Source: a virus (taxonomy: Duplodnaviria > Heunggongvirae > Uroviricota > Caudoviricetes). Taken from it: DNA of 64,000 nt. The translations under genes and the position numbers were made by a program. The stretch lies in the IMG/VR virus record IMGVR_UViG_2703718774_000012, one strand, 5' to 3'. Below the pieces are notes generated by a model that was given only the letters and a program-made list of their open reading frames with translations, was not told where the DNA came from and made no database searches. Of the stretch, positions 61,574 to 64,000 are shown one piece after another (within the stretch, counting starts at the first letter, position 1; each line of letters starts with the position of its first letter).

Positions 61574-63493
61574 ATGGAACAGTTCAATATCAATAAAGGG
61601 GTGACGATCAAGCCTGGGCTTGACGTGCTTCCCCCGCCAGTGACTGATGATGAATATCGCGCATTAATGGCCGGTGAGGACCGCTATCTGATGACGGAAT
61701 CCAACACCCTGGAGGAAATCGAGGCTACGTTCTTCTATGACACGCCGATCCACTGGTGTGCTACGGATTTACTGGAGGCGATTAGTTCTACTCGTTTGCA
61801 GTTACACCGGACCATGCAGGCATTTGTCCGGGCATTGAACCAGAAGCTGAATGGTACCGGAATCTCTGCGGGGAGTGATAAAACGGGGGATGTGGCCCAG
61901 AGCGGCGCGCGCGCGATCGGCGGAGCTGAAATTGGTCGGGCACGTAACGTTAACGGGTTGTCGGTCCTGCCAGCCATTATTCCGCTCAGTGATGGTCAGA
62001 CTATCAGCATTTTGTTTCATAGCCCGACAGCGGAAAACCGGATCACCAATAGCGATACGCTGGTTGCTTTCCAGTTCTTACTGAATAAAAAAGACGTTAC
62101 TCACACCGTTGCTCCGATGAGTGGACGTGATATGACGCTGGCGCAGGTCACCATGAAACTTGCCAACCTTGCAGAGAAAAACTCGGCAAAATTTCAGCGT
62201 GCGCAGAAGAAGAAAAAAGCCCTTGTTGATGAAATAACCCAACTACAGGCTGACAGTGACCAGAAAGAGGATGCCATGAGCGACCTCGTGGATCAGGTGG
62301 CAGCGGTAGAAGGGCAGAAGGTAGATCTGGAGCAGAAAATTAACGCTGTTGCATCGGAAGCGGATTCTCTTTATGAAGAGAATGAGCGTTTGCAGACGGA
62401 GATTGATCAGCTCAATCGAACTGGTGGGCGCGAAACCATTGCTCCTGCGGGGATGACTGGTGGACACTCTCGCGCGATGACGGATCGCCTTGCAAGTATC
62501 AAAAATCGTATGCATATGAACGGGGAAGTGACGCTCAGTAATGGTGCATCAATGAAGCAATTCATTGAGGACGGTGAAGGGTATATCCAGTTAACCGATT
62601 CGGATGGCAGCGTGTACATGATCAAGGCTAAATCCATACAGGGTGTGGACATGGCAGATGCGATCGGCAAGCTGTTTAAAGCCTATAAAGCGGGTAATGT
62701 ATCGGAATACCTGGTCCAACCAGAAGAACATAAACCGGAAAACGTCGAACCTGAACCAGCGGAGGATACCGGTAGCTCTTCGCCTGAACCAGAAGTCTCT
62801 GTAGGTGCATATCGATATGCCCTGCAAATGCGTCCGGCGGCCCCTGGCGCAATACCTGAAGGTAACAAAGCAATTCTGCCGCGCCCTGATGAAGGTGACC
62901 CGTATTATGAATATGCACGCTACGGCATTGCTACTTACGATACCCCGCTTTCTGATCAGCAAATGAGTGAGTACGACCTGAAGTTATTGCCTCGCGAGGA
63001 TTCTTTCGACTTCCTGGCGAAGACACTTACTAATGGTCCGTTTGGCAAATATGCACAAAAAGCTCTGGAGCTGGCCACCAGCTCACCAGACGAGTTCCGC
63101 GTAATGCTGAAAACTCAGTTTCAAAAAACTTTCCCCAATATTGCGTATCCGGGGGGCGCTGGCACCGAGAAAATGGTGCAGAGCATGATCAATGCATTGC
63201 AGGCCGAAGTCGGTGAGATTACTCAGCCAGAACCTGCCCCGGCACAGCCTGATGAAACGGTTAGCGAAGCAGATGCAGAGGCTAATAAAGCCATTGAATA
63301 TCTCAATAACGTGATGGATATGCAAAGCACTGACATGGCGGAGATCCGTAACGCCCGGGGTAATGTCCGGGAAGCGATTGCAGCCCTTCAGGCTGCCGGG
63401 CGTTTTGAGGAAAACGAAGAGCTGGTTAATGGCGCTGCTCGCCACCTGGCTGATCTGCTGGTAGCAATCCAGAAAGCGGGGGTAGCGGCATGA
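61574..63493 (+). CDS. DarA-like virion antirestriction/head-associated protein (639 aa)
   Basis: Size (~70 kDa) and position after holin/antiholin genes match the P1 darA operon as I recall it; no motif-level proof. Confidence 0.4.
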   Translation: MEQFNINKGVTIKPGLDVLPPPVTDDEYRALMAGEDRYLMTESNTLEEIEATFFYDTPIHWCATDLLEAISSTRLQLHRTMQAFVRALNQKLNGTGISAGSDKTGDVAQSGARAIGGAEIGRARNVNGLSVLPAIIPLSDGQTISILFHSPTAENRITNSDTLVAFQFLLNKKDVTHTVAPMSGRDMTLAQVTMKLANLAEKNSAKFQRAQKKKKALVDEITQLQADSDQKEDAMSDLVDQVAAVEGQKVDLEQKINAVASEADSLYEENERLQTEIDQLNRTGGRETIAPAGMTGGHSRAMTDRLASIKNRMHMNGEVTLSNGASMKQFIEDGEGYIQLTDSDGSVYMIKAKSIQGVDMADAIGKLFKAYKAGNVSEYLVQPEEHKPENVEPEPAEDTGSSSPEPEVSVGAYRYALQMRPAAPGAIPEGNKAILPRPDEGDPYYEYARYGIATYDTPLSDQQMSEYDLKLLPREDSFDFLAKTLTNGPFGKYAQKALELATSSPDEFRVMLKTQFQKTFPNIAYPGGAGTEKMVQSMINALQAEVGEITQPEPAPAQPDETVSEADAEANKAIEYLNNVMDMQSTDMAEIRNARGNVREAIAALQAAGRFEENEELVNGAARHLADLLVAIQKAGVAA

Positions 63494-63855
63494 CACTATC
63501 AGCTATTGAGTTAATGGATCTCAGCGATAAGTTGGATGCTCTGATGTCCAAAGCGGCTACCGCGAGTGGCATGGAGTTGCTGGATATCAGCGATGAAATT
63601 GACCAGATCATGCAACAGATGGGGTACGGCGTGTCCGGCGGCAGTAGTGACGAGGAAAAACAACCTTCGGAACATGATGGTGTGCCAAAACTGATTGCTG
63701 ATTTCCTGGCTGATAAATTCGTCGATCAGAGCACTGATGCATTTATCGGTACGTTACAGGACTTGAGTCAATATGTTGGCACATACATCGACCTGGACCA
63801 AGTTAAACAGCACACGGCGGCATGGATAGCCGCCAACATTAAAGAGGCAGCGTGA
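63490..63855 (+). CDS. hypothetical acidic protein (121 aa)
   Basis: ORF track; ATGA overlap with upstream gene; followed by GC hairpin ccacgcccttcggggcgtgg. Confidence 0.5.
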   Translation: MTLSAIELMDLSDKLDALMSKAATASGMELLDISDEIDQIMQQMGYGVSGGSSDEEKQPSEHDGVPKLIADFLADKFVDQSTDAFIGTLQDLSQYVGTYIDLDQVKQHTAAWIAANIKEAA

Positions 63856-64000
63856 CATCCTCCACGCCCTTCGGGGCGTGGATTCCTGCTACGTTCAGGC
63901 TGTCGCCTGAATCATTTCGGTGGGTTCCTGCTTCAACGGGCGGCCTGACTGCACCATCCCTCCACAGGCAAGTACGGCGTGCCCCGCCGCTAAAATGTTA

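Overview
The window reads as a ~64 kb slice of a P1-like phage-plasmid: a temperate myovirus maintained as a low-copy plasmid, not an integrated prophage. Calls rest on reading the six-frame translations and DNA motifs by eye and on recalled family signatures; no searches were run. Plasmid-maintenance module: RepA flanked by 19-bp iterons (29944-31275), ParA/ParB and a parS-like site (32279-34582). Immunity and early functions: c4 antisense RNA, icd and ant (42627-44219), kilA and a RepL-like gene (40787-42462), a DnaB-like Ban helicase (18702-20072) and a hok/mok toxin locus (40154-40367). A phage tRNA cluster sits at 20347-22614 (Ile-CAU, Thr, Asn plus an 87-nt Tyr-like candidate). Virion genes include a tail sheath/tube block (36485-40037), baseplate genes (12906-17657, 52265-54890), a 1124-aa tape-measure-like protein with a lytic transglycosylase domain, a 949-aa His-rich tail fibre with its assembly chaperone, and a holin-led darA-like late operon at the 3' end. 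The left 12 kb carries lambdoid-type accessory genes (three Ea22-like paralogs, a PAPS-reductase-like protein, ASCH, HAD, Ser/Thr phosphatase, VRR-NUC, TraR). The most unusual features are: (1) a 1013-aa bifunctional DNA methyltransferase whose C5-MTase catalytic motif is split by a 341-aa intein carrying LAGLIDADG homing-endonuclease motifs; (2) at least eight copies of a 17-bp ATTGCTCTAATAAATTT-type operator whose TTGCTC doubles as a -35 element; (3) an AT-rich three-gene island of exported proteins (44316-46573), one sharing a short C-terminal motif with the tape-measure protein; (4) a glycosyltransferase-like gene cluster of unknown target (9220-11778); (5) an ORF-free, hairpin-rich stretch beside the tRNAs. 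ORF-track starts are longest-frame ATG/GTG/TTG starts; several were re-placed at RBS-supported codons. Coordinates of features not in the track may be off by a few nt.
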